Shown: positions 40,545 through 61,573, counted from the first letter of the stretch. The stretch is 64,000 bases of DNA from the human T2T-CHM13v2.0 reference genome, Homo sapiens (GCF_009914755.1 NC_060928.1); one strand, 5' to 3'. The notes: generated by a model from the sequence alone, not told the origin. Numbers and translations: made by a program.

Positions 40545-43135
40545 ATATTATATATATAAAATATAATATTTTATATATATAGTATTTTATGTATAATATA
40601 ATATTTTATATATATAGTATTTTATATATAATATAATATTTTATATATATAGTATTTTATATATAATATTATATATAGTATTTTATATATAAAATATCAT
40701 ATTTTATATATATAGTATTTTATATATAGTATTTAATATATAAAATTTGATATTTTATATATAGTATTTTATATATAAAATATGATATTTTATATATAGT
40801 ATTTTATATATAAAATATGATTTTTATATATAGTATTTTATATATAAAATATGATATTTTATATATAGTATTTTATATATAAAATATGATATTTTATATA
40901 TAGTATTTTATATATAAAATACTATATTATATTATATATAGTATTTTATATATATAGTATTTTATATATATAGTATTTTATATATAAAATATAATATTTT
41001 ATATATATAGTATTTTATATATAAAATATAATATTTTATATATATAGTATCTTATATATAAAATATAATATTTTATATATATAGTATTTTATATATAAAA
41101 TATAATATTTTATATATATAGTATTTTATATATAAAATATAAAATTTTATATATAGTATCTTATATATAAAATATAATATATATAGTATCTTATATATAA
41201 AATATAATATTTTATATATATAGTATCTTATATATAAAATATAATATTTTATATATATAGTATCTTATATATAAAATATAATATTTTATATATATAGTAT
41301 CTTATATATAAAATATAATATATATAGTATCTTATATATAAAATATAATATTTTATATATAGTATCTTATATATAAAATATAATATTTTATATATATAGT
41401 ATCTTATATATAAAATACAATATTTTATATATATAGTATCTTATATATAAAATACAATATTTTATATATATAGTATCTTATATATAAAATACAATATTTT
41501 ATATATATAGTATCTTATATATAAAATACAATATTTTATATATATAGTATCTTATATATAAAATACAATATTTTATATATATAGTATTTTATATATAAAA
41601 TACAATATTTTATATATAGTATTTTATATATAAAATACAATATTTTATATATAGTATTTTATATATAAAATACAATATTTTTATATATAGTATTTTATAT
41701 ATATAAAATACAATATTTTATATATATAGTATTTTATATATAAAATACAATATTTTATATATATAGTATTTTATATATAAAATACAATATTTTATATATA
41801 TAATATTTTATATATAAAATACAATATTTTATATATATAGTATTTTATATAGAAAATACAATATTTTATATATAGTATTTTATATATAAAATACAATATT
41901 TTTATATATAGTATTTTATATATAGAAAATACAATATTTTATGTATATACTATTTTATATAGAAAATACAATATTTTATGTATATAGTATTTTATATAGA
42001 AAATACAATATTTTATGTATATAGTATTTTATATAGAAAATACAATATTTTATGTATATAGTATTTTATATAGAAAATACAATATTTTATGTATATAGTA
42101 TTTTATATAGAAAATACAATATTTTATGTATATAGTATTTTATATAGAAAATACAATATTTTATGTATATAGTATTTTATATAGAAAATACAATATTTTA
42201 TGTATATAGTATTTTATATAGAAAATACAATATTTTATGTATATAGTATTTTATATAGAAAATACAATATTTTATGTATATAGTATTTTATATAGAAAAT
42301 ACAATATTTTATGTATATAGTATTTTATATATAAAATACAATATTTTATGTATATAGTATTTTATATATAAAATACAATATTTTATGTATATAGTATTTT
42401 ATATATAAAATACAATATTTTATATATAGTATTTTATATATAGTATTTTATATATAAAATACAATCTTTTATATATATAGTATTTTATATATAAAATACA
42501 ATCTTTTATATATATAGTATTTTATATATAAAATACAATCTTTTATATATATAGTATTTTATATATAAAACATCATATTTTATATATATAGTATTTTATA
42601 TATAAAACATCATATTTTATATATATAGTATTTTATATATAAAATATAATGTTTTATATATAGTATTTTATATATAAAATATAGTATTTTATATATAAAA
42701 TATAATATTTTATATATATAGTATTTTATATATAAAATATAATATTTTATATATATAGTATTTTATATATAAAATATAATATTTTATATATATAGTATTT
42801 TATATATAAAATATAATATTTTATATATATAGTATTTTATATATAAAATATAATATTTTATATATAGTATTTTACATATAAAATATAATATTTTATATAT
42901 AGTATTTTACATATAAAATATAATATTTTATATATATAGTATTTTATATATAAAATATAATATTTTATATATAGTATTTTATATATAAAATATAATTTAT
43001 GTATAGTATTTTATATATAAAATATATTTTCTGTATAGTATTTTATATATAAAATGTAATATTTTCTGTATAGTATTTTATATATAAAATATAATATTTT
43101 ATATATATAGTATTTTATATATATATATATATATT
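40545..43135. repeat. AT-rich minisatellite, ~35-37-bp unit, ~70 copies
   Basis: Unit e.g. AAAATACAATATTTTATGTATATAGTATTTTATATAG (37 bp); many units contain palindrome TATTTTATATATAAAATA. Confidence 0.97.
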
Positions 43136-43436
43136 TTGTTTGTTTGTTTGTTTGTTTTTTTGAGACAGAGTCTCTGTTTTCCAGACTGGTGTGCAGTGGT
43201 GTGATCAAAACTCACTGCAGCCTCAACTTCCCCAGCTCAAGTAATCCTCCTGCCCTAGCCTCTCAAGTAACTGGGATTACAGGAGCACACCACCATCCCA
43301 GGCTAATTTTTGTATTTTTTTGTAGAGACGGGGTTTTGTCATGTTGCCCAGGTCTCAAAATCCTGGGCTCGGGCAATCTGCCTGCTTCTGCCTCCCAAAG
43401 TACTAGGATCACAGGCATGAACCATTGTGCCCAGCC
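43136..43436 (-). mobile_element. AluJ with (TTTG)n tail abutting the AT array
   Basis: CTCACTGCAGCCTCAACTTCC...CAGGCATGAACCATTGTGCCCAGCC. Confidence 0.92.
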
Positions 43437-44429
43437 TATACCTGTTTTTTACATTTCCAATATAAACAGAAACAAAGTACAGTGTGTTTATTATTATAAT
43501 GTGGTTATACAGTTATAATGTATATGCTGCACTGTCCAATAATATATTCCTAATGGGACAGAACATCTGTTTTTTGATTAGCTGTCAATGAAAACCAAAT
43601 CATCCACTTCCAATGTTATACATCTGATGGTTGGAAGAATTTTCCACTGACTTGCTTATGGCTCCATACATTCCAAAATAGTTTTCTGCTTCTATCACCC
43701 ATTGCCTTTGGGGCCTTGGTGTCTTAGGTCATGGTATGTTGCAATACAGCCTGTGCCTCTGCATCTTCTGGGAGTTGGCACTGGGGGTTAGGCATATTTC
43801 TGAAGCCATTTCTATATAGGTAAAGATAATAATAACCTAACTCTTCCGGGAAGTGACTGCAATCCACATAAACATACCCCACTAAACCAGAACTAGATCT
43901 CTCTCCAACACAAATCCCACTAGTCTGATTCCCAAAGTGCTCACTGCCACTCCAGAGCACCACAAGAGAGAAATGATATTGAAGGAAGAACTAGGAGTGG
44001 AAACAGACGGTGGTCTTAACCAACTATAGTATCTTATTTTTGCAAATTTTACAAACCCTTGTGACTCTGAGGGTATGTCTGGGGTTTTTTTTCTGAGGCC
44101 TTGGAAGGGTCCCATTCAAGTTTCATGATACATTCATCTTTGGCCACATCTCTGGGATTAGCCCATAGCTTAGACTATTGCATTAACCTAATGAATTATC
44201 TGGATCAAGTCTTCCCTCTCAAACAGGTTGCATAACTGCTGCAATCATCTTTCCCAAATATTACTTTCACGATGACCTTCTTGGCTTAAACATTGGATAT
44301 CCATAGAATAAAGTCTAAATCCCTTAGTCTGATACTCAAGGTGTCTACAATCTGGCTGTAACTTTGGTTTAGACATTTTTATCCTGTGACTTCCTATACC
44401 AATATATATGTATAAAAAAGCAAACAATT

Positions 44430-44762
<333 letters not shown>

Positions 44763-45799
44763 TTACAGGCATTTTCCCAAATGTTAATATTTTAAGTCTT
44801 TATAACAACCTTTATACATGAGAGAATGCAGGCTCAGAGATAACAGCTGGAATTGGAAGGCAGATAGATGTGTCTGACTCAGTTGTCTTTCTACTGCACT
44901 ATGTGCTTCTCACTCAGTCCTTGAATTTGGATATAGTTAAAGCCTCCATTTAAATCCCATCCTTTCCGTGAAGCTTTTCCAAATTACTTCCTCAACTATG
45001 GGCCCTTCCCTACTCTGAACTCTCACAATATTTGATACCTGTTTTATTCAGTGGGCATATGTTCAACACTGCCTTGCATTTTTCACTTATTTCACCTTTA
45101 TGTATCCTAATTATGTCTCAGTTCCCAGCCCTCTAGGGGAAGAGAGAATGGCTGATACTTTTGCACATCCTTGTAACACCTGGCAAAGTTCCCTACCCCA
45201 TTTAATAGATAATTCTGAAATGAGTATATTTGTCCTCCAGTGGGACCCAGAAGATTAAGATAGCAAGAGGAGAGGAGCCAGCCTTGGATCCAGAAGATTA
45301 AGGATAAAGGAGGGGGGAATACCAGCATCTTTGCCTCTTGCTATTTATTTACCCCATTATTAGATTATTAGGGTATGGAGAGTTGCCACTGGGGTTTGGT
45401 TTTCAATTCTTCCCAGAAGTGCAGCTGCTGATTGACAAGACCTTAGAGAATAGGAAAACAGCATGAGCATCAGTTGGCACTAGCTGCCACAGTGATGTTA
45501 TTCCCCAAAGCACCACTTTGAGGGGTGACTGACACACCCATCAGCTTTCACAGTCATGACAGAAGAAGACAAAAGAGCTCAATTCCCTGGGGTTCTGAAC
45601 GCTTTAACGGCAGAAGTAGTTGAAATTTTCCACATCACTCTGACACTTGTCCAGTGTTCTCAAGTAGTTATAAGTTGGCCTTTCTATCATATTTGTTGTC
45701 AGTCTTCATTTTTTTTTTAAAGGAAAGAATGATTTAATGACCTTATCAGAATTACTGTAAAGATTTCTGGTGCAATTTTAAATTAAAATGCAAATTGTG

Positions 45800-51390
<5,591 letters not shown>

Positions 51391-53212
51391 CCTCCCCCCC
51401 CCACCTAATTCTTAATTTTCTTGTAAGGAGTCCTAAATTCAATTTTGACATTTTACTTATTTTCAACTTCTATTGTAGAACAATTGAAACATATACAAAA
51501 ATAGAGAGAGTAATATAATCAACACGTATTCATCACAAGCCTTGAAAATTAACATCCCATGGTCAGTCTTGTTCCATCTTGCCTTTCATTCCCTTCCTGT
51601 CCCAGCTCTGAATTATTTTGAAGCAAATTCCAGTAATCACATTATTTCATCCTTTACTTCTTTTAAAAATATGACAGAAGTTTTTGACAAAAGAATCTTG
51701 ATGTGGGGAAATTTAATGATAACACTTTTAACATGACAGTTTTTAAAAATTATGACATTTGATTTATATTTTATTCAATTTTATGGAAAATAATTATGCA
51801 AAGTATCTTTTTATTATAAGAATCAATCCTGCATGTAGAAGTCCCGACTAATATCAAAGAACACAGTAATCAGTCTTGTCCATCTTGTTCAAACATTGAG
51901 AGCTAGCTAACAGGAATAAGATATATAAGGAATACAAATGTTGACCAGGTGTCTTAGCTAAAGAACATTTTCTACTCTGCTTATCTAACTCATGTATTTA
52001 TATTTTCCCAATCCAATTTCTTAGCAACACATTTGCAGAATTTATTTGACTCCAGAATGGCTACTGGATTATTGAGATTTCCTGAAGTGAATAGTTTTGT
52101 AGAGCTTTGGATAAAATTAGAACAATAGAGTCATATGAAAGGGGGAAGAATATGTTGTTGGCAAAATTCACATTTCTTCTCATCTACTCTCTCCTGATAT
52201 CAGACTTCCTCTTCCTGTGATGAAACTGAGGTTCGTTTTGACACTCCTAAGAAATTAAGAATGGAGGGCAGGTGAGGAAAGTAAAATAGAGACAGCTTAA
52301 AAGACATTGAAAGAGACTGTAATGCAACTCATTCAATGTCTTTATCTCTGTAGTTTATGATGTCTCTCATTGTCCGCTAGAAGGGATTTGTGCTCTCCTC
52401 CTGGTTGCTGTGATGAGACAGATGTGGAACATTTCATTTTCCTGGACTGTGTAGACTTCAGCTGTCATCTCTACTGAGTAAGTCAGCCTACAAGGCAACT
52501 CCGTTCAGGTCTTTTGTTATTTTTATTTTTTGTAATAGTGAGAAAAAGATGATGGATATAAGGAGAAACATGCATTTCTAAACCCCAATGAGGAGAGATT
52601 CTCAGGTAGAGGGCTACATGATGAGGGGAACCAGAAGTGGCCAGGCCGGAGGAAGGAGCCACACTGTTGGCTAAATCTGAGAGGGAGGTAAGCCAGTGGT
52701 CTGGGGGCTCCAAGAGTAGCAGAAATCTCTGCTGACTTCCTCCCCCTTATCTTCCTAGGGAGGTAGGACCCAAGGTGCTAGGTTCCCACCTCAGCAGAAC
52801 CTCCACCCACCTTTCAGCCCTGAAGCCATCATGTGACTCGTACTAGGAAAGTCCACCTGTGATGATGATGACCAGTGAGGGCTAAACACCAGGGGTCTCC
52901 CAAATGTTCTCAGCCATATACGAATTTCAGGCTCTACACTGGACCTGGATGATGAGGGGTGATGGAGCCCCAATAATAACCACAGTTGATTTTTCCACAC
53001 CCCGTTGATCAGATTAAATATAATTTAGAAAAATAACCAATGTGGCATTTTTTTAAACCTGAGATGTAAAATAAAATCCATGACAGCTGTACTGTATACT
53101 TTGCCTAATTTACTTTCTCAGAGGTTTGGAAGGAATGCTCAGAAATATTTAGAGGAGTTTCTTTCAGTGAGATTACTTATATTTATGATATTGAAGATGT
53201 CTTTTTTCAAAG

Positions 53213-53602
53213 TGTTACGTACTAAATTTCATCTCCCACAGCCCCCTTCCCAAATTCATGTATTGAAGCCCCCATCCCCATTGTGACTGTATTTGGAGAC
53301 AGGGCCTTCAAAGAGGGAATTTAGGTTACAGAAGGCCCTAAGGGTAGAGCCCCAATTCAGTATGAACTGTCATTGTAAGAGGAGGAAGAAACACCAGAGA
53401 TTCACTTGCCCAGAGAAAAGGCCATGTGAGGACAGAGTGAGAAGCTGGTCATTTGCAAGGAGAGAAGCGTTAGGAGAAACCAAACCTGCTGACACCTTGA
53501 TCTTGGACTTCTAGCCCCTAGAACCGTGAGAAAATACATTTCTGTGGATTAAGCCACCCAGTCTGTGGTACTTTATTATGGCAACCCTAGCAGACTAAGA
53601 CA
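53213..53602 (+). mobile_element. MLT1A/B solo LTR
   Basis: TGTTACG...CCAAATTCATGTATTGAAGCC...CCTGCTGACACCTTGATCTTGGACTTCTAGCC...GCAGACTAAGACA. Confidence 0.88.
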
Positions 53603-53938
53603 CAGTATTTAACACTTTCATGTATAGGTCTTTATTCTCTGAAAATCTATAATATTTTACTCTAGTAAAAATTCTCTTGCTGTGTGGAATTTATGGGCAC
53701 TCTACTAGCTAAAATCATTCACTTTCTGAAAAGAGTGTTGCAAAGGGCTACAGAACATACTGGATACCATTGACCAAACTAATTAGAAAACTAATGCTGC
53801 TCAGTGACTAAAAATAACAGGGGAGTGGGTGCATATGCAGGATGGGGCCCCACTACTGGAAGTTAAAACAGCAAGTACCTTTCCCTGATACCATGGTAAT
53901 GCAAGCATCATGGTAACCTTTGTTAAAATAAACGTGTT

Positions 53939-54270
<332 letters not shown>

Positions 54271-55713
54271 TTACCAGGGAGATGATATTTAATTATAAAA
54301 GTTACTTTCTTACACCCATATACACCCCCGTTATAATTCTGCTTGAAATCTTTAAAGAATGAGAGTCAATCTGCTTTATATTCTAGAGGCCTCTAATATT
54401 GCTAGTTAAATTTCATATGCTGTCAAAAAATAAGGGAAAGCAAGAAAAACACAAAGACAAGGCATATATATTACTGAACTATAAGTTCCTAAAAATCGGG
54501 GATTTATTTTTTCCTTGAGATCATCAAACACACTGTTTTGCACATCATTGGCATTTATGATTGGTTTAATGCATTGTAACTCTGAGACATACAGCTTAGA
54601 AAAGAAAAGCATACAGCTAATATGACTGTAGAATAAAGACTAAATTTTGCCTACAGCATGAGAAATCAATTGTATCACTTTACAATCATACATTTTATAT
54701 GTGTAAAAATATACGAGTAGATTTTAGTTTATTACAGTAATATGCTAACAAAAATCTAGATATTTCTAAATATCTAGACATTTCCAAATACCTATGGTAT
54801 TAAATATTGTGAAGAACAGACATATTATTTGTCCCAGTTGGTCACTTTTTATGCAATTTCCTTTTTGTAAAAATATCTGATATATAAAATTGCCTCCTAT
54901 GTTTAAGAACAAGTAAGAACAAACAAGAACAAAGATTAACAGTGTCCAAATTTTTTAAATAGATCAAGCTGGTAATGTGATAATTTCATTTGCAATTTAT
55001 CATATGTTAGTCATTAAAACACACACACACACAAACATAAGTTTTACATACCAGACACACATAAGATTCTACCAAAAGTCAGTGAGAGTAGAACAAAAGT
55101 ATGTGGTTCTATGTTGTTATGACTAAGTGCATGGAAAACTTTCCTTCATTAATCTACCACTCCACCTCTCTGACACACACCACAAAGTATCCACCGTGTG
55201 TTAAGGTATAATTGGAACATAAGGGAGGGAATAAAGAACCCGGGAGCCCGGGTGCATAGGAGTGACCTACCCTTGAGTGCCGCCACACAAGTCCAGTGTG
55301 TCTGTGTTGGCTGAGTTTTAGCTGTGCTCTCTGCGGGTTGTGCAACCTAATCATAATAACAATAATAACAACCAAAAGCATTTATTTTGTATAGACAAAA
55401 CATATAATCTTGTGCTAGGTGGTTTAATTCATTATGTTTAATCCTAAGAAAAACTCAGGGCAAAAGAAAAGCAATGTCTAACTTGGTTTCTGCTCATAAG
55501 GAAAAGTCTAGCAATAGGGACTTCCTTAACCAGATGGTGTGAGGACTAGAATTGTCATGGTCATGGCTATCATGGATCAACTCAACCATTACCTAAGGTG
55601 ACTTCCTTGAGGTGATTACATCAGAACTGGACCTTAAATGATGACTCTAAATTTGTTATGAGGAGAAATGCTGAGCACTTAGGACAGAGGGAACAGGTGT
55701 TGAAAAGGATGTA

Positions 55714-57220
55714 AGCATGATGTAGCATGACACATTCAGGGATACAGCATGAAATAACATGACACATTCAGGGGTATAGTATGAGATAGCATGACACATT
55801 CAGGGGTATAGTATGAGATAGCATGACACATTCAGCGATATAGCATGAGATAGCATGACACATTCAGGGATATAGCATGATGTTGCATGATGCATTTCAG
55901 GGATATAGCATGAGACGGCATGACACATTTCAGGGACATAGCGTGATGTAGAATGACACATTCAAGTATATGGCATGAGATAGCATGACACATTCAGGGT
56001 TATAGCATGGGACAGCATGACACATTCAGGGATATAGCATGAGATAGCATGACACAATCAGGGATATAGCATGATGTAGCATGACACATTCAGGGATATA
56101 GCATGAGACAGCATGACACATTTCAGGGACATAGCATGATGTAGAATGACACATTCAAGTATGTGGCATGAGATAACATGACACATTCAGGGATATAGCA
56201 TGAGACAGCATGACACAATCAGGGATATAGCATGATGTAGCATGACACATTCAGGGATATAGCATAAGATAGCATGACACATTCAGGGATATAGCATGAT
56301 GTTGCATGATGCATTTCAGGGATATAGCATGAGACAGCATGACACATTCCAGGGACATAGCATGATGTAGAATGACACATTCAAGTATATGGCATGAGAT
56401 AGCATGACACATTCAGGGTTATAGCATGGGACAGCATGACACATTCAGGGATATAGCATGAGATAGCATGACACAATCAGGGATATAGCATGATGTAGAA
56501 TGACACATTCAAGTATGTGGCATGGGATAGCATGACACATTCAGGGATATAGCATGATGTTACATGACACATTCAGGGATATAGCATGAGACAGCATGAC
56601 ACATTTCAGGGACATAGCATGATGTAGAATGACACATTCAAGTATGTGGCATGAGATAGCATGACACATTCAGGGATGTAGCATGGGACAGCATGACACA
56701 TTCAGGGATATAGCATGAGACAGCATGACATTTCACGGACATAGCATGATGTAGAATGACACATTCAAGTATGTGGCATGGGATAGCATGACACATTCAG
56801 GGATATAGCATGATGTTACATGACACATTTCAGGGATATAGCATGAGATAGCATGACACATTCAGGGATATAGCATGGGATAGCATGACACATTCAGGGA
56901 TATAGCATGATGTAGAATGACACATTCAGGGATATAGCATGGGATAGCATGACACATTCAGGGATATAGCATAAGATAGCATGACACACTCAGGGATATA
57001 GCATGAGATAGCATGACACATTTGAGGGACATAGCATGATGTGGAATGACACATTCAAGGATATAGCATTAGATAGCATGACACATTCAGGGATATAGCA
57101 TAAGATAGCATGACACATTCAGGGATATAGCATGATGTTGCATGACATTTCAGGGATATAGTGTGAGATAGCATGACACATTCAGGGTTATAGCATGAGA
57201 TAGCATTACACAATCAGGGA
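55714..57220. repeat. VNTR, 32-bp unit, ~47 copies
   Basis: Consensus GACACATTCAGGGATATAGCATGAGATAGCAT. Confidence 0.97.
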
Positions 57221-57346
57221 CGAATTCAAGCAAGCCTCAGAGTTTGTCAGATTCCCAGTATATCTCTTTGTTTTTGAAAAGAGAAAACAAAATAAACACC
57301 TCACTAATGTAGTATGTTTTTTAAAAAATTTAATCCTTTCTCTCAC

Positions 57347-57442
57347 CTGTTTGATGTGGTATTATCTTTCTCTGAGGCCTCCAGACGTTCTGGTTTGTAG
57401 GGCTGTTGGTGGGCAAACTCTTCTGTTCTGTCCCAGAAAGCC
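57347..57442 (-). other. Candidate 96-nt exon
   Basis: Strong donor ACAG|GTGAGA; acceptor AACTAG|GG is weak and ambiguous; two open frames. Confidence 0.3.
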
Positions 57443-57788
57443 CTAGTTAAGGTTTTTATAAATCTGGTATTCTTATTTGAAAGTCTCTTACAGTCTACAT
57501 TAAAAAAAATCAATATTTATACATAAAAAATAAACACAATTAGAGATACTTTTTATTCCTCTATATAGTTAATTTATTTTCATTCTGTAATTTGCACAAG
57601 TACTAAAGGATAATAAACTTTGGTCCCCAATCAGCTTTCTCATTTTTAACACAACAAGCAAAATGAAATGATAATTTGACTTCTGAGGAAGAAAGAAAAC
57701 TGTTTTGTGGTTATGTGTATGGATTACTGGTTTTGTTTTCTAAATCCAACAGAGATAGTAGCATCCAGATTTAAACTCTTTAATATTA

Positions 57789-58108
<320 letters not shown>

Positions 58109-58206
58109 TTAGTACACCATAAATAATGATGTGCATTTAATAAAGAATGTGATGACTCAAAGTTAAAACCAATAATTTTATTATTCTATATTAGAGAAAT
58201 GCTCAC

Positions 58207-58561
58207 CTTTATCCTAACTTTCCATATGAACAAGCCTCAATAACTGCAATTTTTACGTGAAGCCATACTGTTCCCAAAGCAAGTATAGGTTGGCAAAAGG
58301 CTGAAGAGAGAAGAGTGGAGACTTGTTTCTTCTGCATGCAATGTGAGCATATCTACTGGTCTTAGACTGAAGCAGTGGGGTGCAGCTGCAGCAACTTTGC
58401 AGTATTTCGCTTCTTGGAAGAGCAGGTTTTTAGGGCACATGTCCCAGTAAGGAGTGGCTGGTTCAGTTAATTGCATGGGTGAGGTTTTGCCCACAGGATA
58501 CTTTGTTTTTGACTCATTCTCCTTGGTCTTTAGCATCTTTCTCATCCCCAGAAGGCTCTGC
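58207..58561 (-). other. Candidate 355-nt exon
   Basis: Acceptor AACCTTCTTTCCAG|GC, donor AAAG|GTGAGC; one frame open for about 107 codons, stopping just before the donor. Confidence 0.35.
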
Positions 58562-59599
58562 CTGGAAAGAAGGTTACTGTAGGAACCACAGTGGACTGTA
58601 CTTCCACAGTTCTGTTTCACAAAGAGCGTCAAGGTCAGTTTCTAGCTATGAAGTATAGAAGCTGACCTCCAAACCAAGAGGAAGTACTAGCTTTATAATT
58701 TGTCCAGGAAACTCTAATCTTAATATTTCAAAGATGTACGTGCTTGATAACCTTTTAAACATCAACTAGGTCAATGATGTGTTTAGTGGTAACTACTTTG
58801 CATGTTTCTACAATGCAATGTGCTTTAAAAATTACTGAATCAATGGAAAGAAAAGATTACTATCATTTAAGGAGAATTTCATATTGTGCATCAGAATTCA
58901 AGACTGATTTGGCCCACAGGGAAAGGTCAACATATGTCCTGATTTCCCTAATAAAGTCTTGAAATGTAGCAAGACTATTAGTTTAAATAGACTTTCAGGT
59001 AAATACAGTTACCTAGGTTATGCTCCAAAAATTGTGTTTAGTTTTCTTGGCTTAATCAATTTCTCTGCTTCTACAGTTTATTTGTGGCTCCAACTGTACA
59101 AGCTGGAGAATGTATAAGTTATGCTATGGGTTTTTGCTGGGGAAACCAAGTCATTTCCAGAGTCACAACATGGCCTGAGTGATATGGATTCAACAGATAC
59201 AAGCTACAAAGCACTTTTTGTGTTGTATATAACCATGTGATGCATTTATTGCAGAACTTCCCAGAGGCTTTTGGTCCTAACATGCTGAAAATTGTCTTGC
59301 ATAGTAAACTGGAGTAAATGGAATAGGGTACACATAGTGACAGAGCCAGGGGCTCCAGCTTCCCCTTGCTCCTACCCAGAAGTCTGAAGGCTAAGAGTGT
59401 CAACATCTTGGGACACTTATAATCTATTCATAGGTACATGGTTGATTTATTTCAAGCTACTTCAGTAGATCATCTGCAGGCCACTAATTGGCCAAGTACT
59501 TATCACCTGCAGTCAATCACCATGTTAGAATTGAAGAGGACCTAAGAAAACCTTTGGAGTGACCATTGAATTCACAGATCAGACAACTAAGGGAGAAAG

Positions 59600-59820
59600 C
59601 AGTAACATGATAGAGTAGGGAAGGGAGGGACTTTGGAAAGATAACTACTGTTTCATACATCTATAATCTTAGTCATGCTCTAAGCCACTCAAAGTCTCCA
59701 TGTCCTCACCTATAAAATAGAGATAATTATACCTATCTTGCTATAATATTTTAAGATTAGAGATAATGTATGTGAGTTGCATACCTAGTACAGTAATGGG
59801 ATACATAATTAATTGCTAAT
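59600..59820 (+). mobile_element. MIR fragment
   Basis: TGTCCTCACCTATAAAATAGAGATAATTATACCTATCTTG...AAGATTAGAGATAATGTATGTGA. Confidence 0.6.
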
Positions 59821-59989
59821 TTGCTAAGTGACTTTCCCCATGTATAGAGTGAGAGTTCGAGCCTCAGTTAAAAATCTGTGCCTAGTTCCCAGTTCAGAGT
59901 ATTGTTTATCTGTTGTGGTATCTTGGATATTTCAAACTATTTTGACCCTTTAGTTCAATGTGCTTGAGCCTACTGATGTTGTAGCTTAC

Positions 59990-60067
59990 CTCTTTAGTGG
60001 TTATCAATTGCCTTGCAACTTTATCTCAGCAAGTAAGTCTGGGGCAAGAGATTCTCTTGTAATAATC
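59990..60067 (-). other. Candidate 78-nt non-coding exon
   Basis: TTGGTTGCTTTTAG|GA ... AAAGAG|GTAAGC; stops in all three frames. Confidence 0.3.
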
Positions 60068-61236
60068 CTAAAAGCAACCAATATTTGTAGAGCACTTATA
60101 GTTACAGCGTGTTTTCACAGACTTGAAACCTCTGAATAACCTTGAGGAATTTCTACAGCCTGTGTTTTCAACACCCTCAATATACAGATAAGGCAGCTTC
60201 AGTCAGTTGTCTGGCCAAGTCCTATTGAGTCTATGTGATGAACGCGGAGATCTGCTCTTCTTGATCCTGTGTTTTCATTGCTCTGAGTGTCTCACTGCTG
60301 CATCTTGCAGTTGACTGTAGATGGATACGCTAATGGTTCAGACGCCTAACCATACTTATTGGATCAGGATTTTAAGTGATTAGAAAAGCAGGAATAAGGC
60401 ATGAAGTGATGGTGGAGAAGGTAGTTAAGAGGTGTGGTGAAAGCAGATGCAGGAAGAAACTGTAGTGCTGGGAGTTAAGAAGGCTTCTCCAGATGTTTTC
60501 AAGCCATCCAGCATAATTTTAATTTTCTAAAAAGAATAGTGTGATCTGAGGCCTCTGTAAAGTGGCAGGATGCCACCTAACAGTATCACACTTTACCTTA
60601 GGCACAGACTGAGTTTTCTAGTGTTTTGATAAGGTGAAGAAGTATTTTGCTAAGTATTGTTTAGCTCTTAAACTCTAAATAAAGGAAGTGAAATATACAA
60701 AAAAAGTTGAATTGATCCAGTTCAACTAATACTGTGATAATCTAAATTAATATAAGTTATAATTATTTGAAGAACTGATTCATCATGTAGGGTTTCTAAG
60801 TTTATTTAGCTTGTACAGGAGCTGAAAAAAATATAAGAGGTTAAGATTAGTATTAAAAAGAGATTACATATTAGCTTTGTGAGGGCTAAGAAAACATATA
60901 TTGAATTACACCAAAATCAATGTGCAATTAAAAACAGAGGATTAATCCTGTGAATTCTGACCTCGAATTCTTCAGTAGGAATTGATACAGACCCCCTCTC
61001 TCCTGGAAAGCACGACTTTTTGATCCTTCAACAAATCGCTTGTTCTTGCTAGGTTAATTTTTTCCAGTTATAAGAGGTTGCACTAGTTTTTGGGTTGACA
61101 TTTTATTTTAAACTTACATTAGTAGAATGGTCTAGGTAACAAATGGTAGAAATAATCTCAATTTATTGCACCTATAATATATATCAAATATTCTCCTGGA
61201 CTTTGTGTTCAGGTGTGCACATTTTCTGCAATCTAC

Positions 61237-61573
61237 ATGAGGAGTCCACCCGTTATCTGCGTCTTTGCTTTCCAAGGCTTCGGGTACCTGCAGTCAACAA
61301 TGCCCCAAAATATTAAATGGAATATTCAATTCCAGAAGTAAACAATTCATATGTTTTAAATTGCTTGCCATTCTGAGTAGAGTGATGAAATCTCCCACCT
61401 GGAATGTGAATAATCCTCTGTCCAGTGTATCCATGCTGTATGTGCCACCTGCCTGCTACTGTAGAGAAAAAAACCCAGCACATATGGGGTTTGAGTCTAT
61501 CCATGGTTTCAGGCATCCCCTGGGAATGCTGCAATATATTTTCTTCTGATAAGGGTTAGGGAGAGGATTACTG
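61237..61573. mobile_element. MER44A-like (Tigger7-derived) relic
   Basis: AAAATATTAAATGGAA...AAACAATTCATATGTTTTAAATTG...TTCTGAGTAGAGTGATGAAATCTC...GGTTTCAGGCATCC...TACTG|TA. Confidence 0.8.

Larger units (their letters stand above)
39965..44153. mobile_element. Possible hAT-Tip100 (Zaphod/MER115-like) relic, interrupted by the AT array and an Alu
   Basis: CAGGGGGTAGATCCAGG start and GGCCTTGGAAGGGTCCC...CACATCTCTG end resemble recalled consensus. Confidence 0.35.

Noticed and set aside
54406-54612. Possible exon after TTTTCTTTTCTAAG
   Set aside because: AAG acceptor, no clear donor, and no recognisable peptide.
55714-57220. CRISPR-like array
   Set aside because: Head-to-tail tandem units with no unique spacers, no cas genes, and a eukaryotic context.
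55714-57220. p53-type response elements (CATG cores 10 bp apart)
   Set aside because: Core spacing fits, but the flanks (TAGCATGAGA TAGCATGACA) have about 7 mismatches to two RRRCWWGYYY half-sites.
57443-57453. U12-type branch point (CCTTAAC) on the minus strand
   Set aside because: Too close to the AG, and no matching U12 donor (RTATCCTT) identified upstream.
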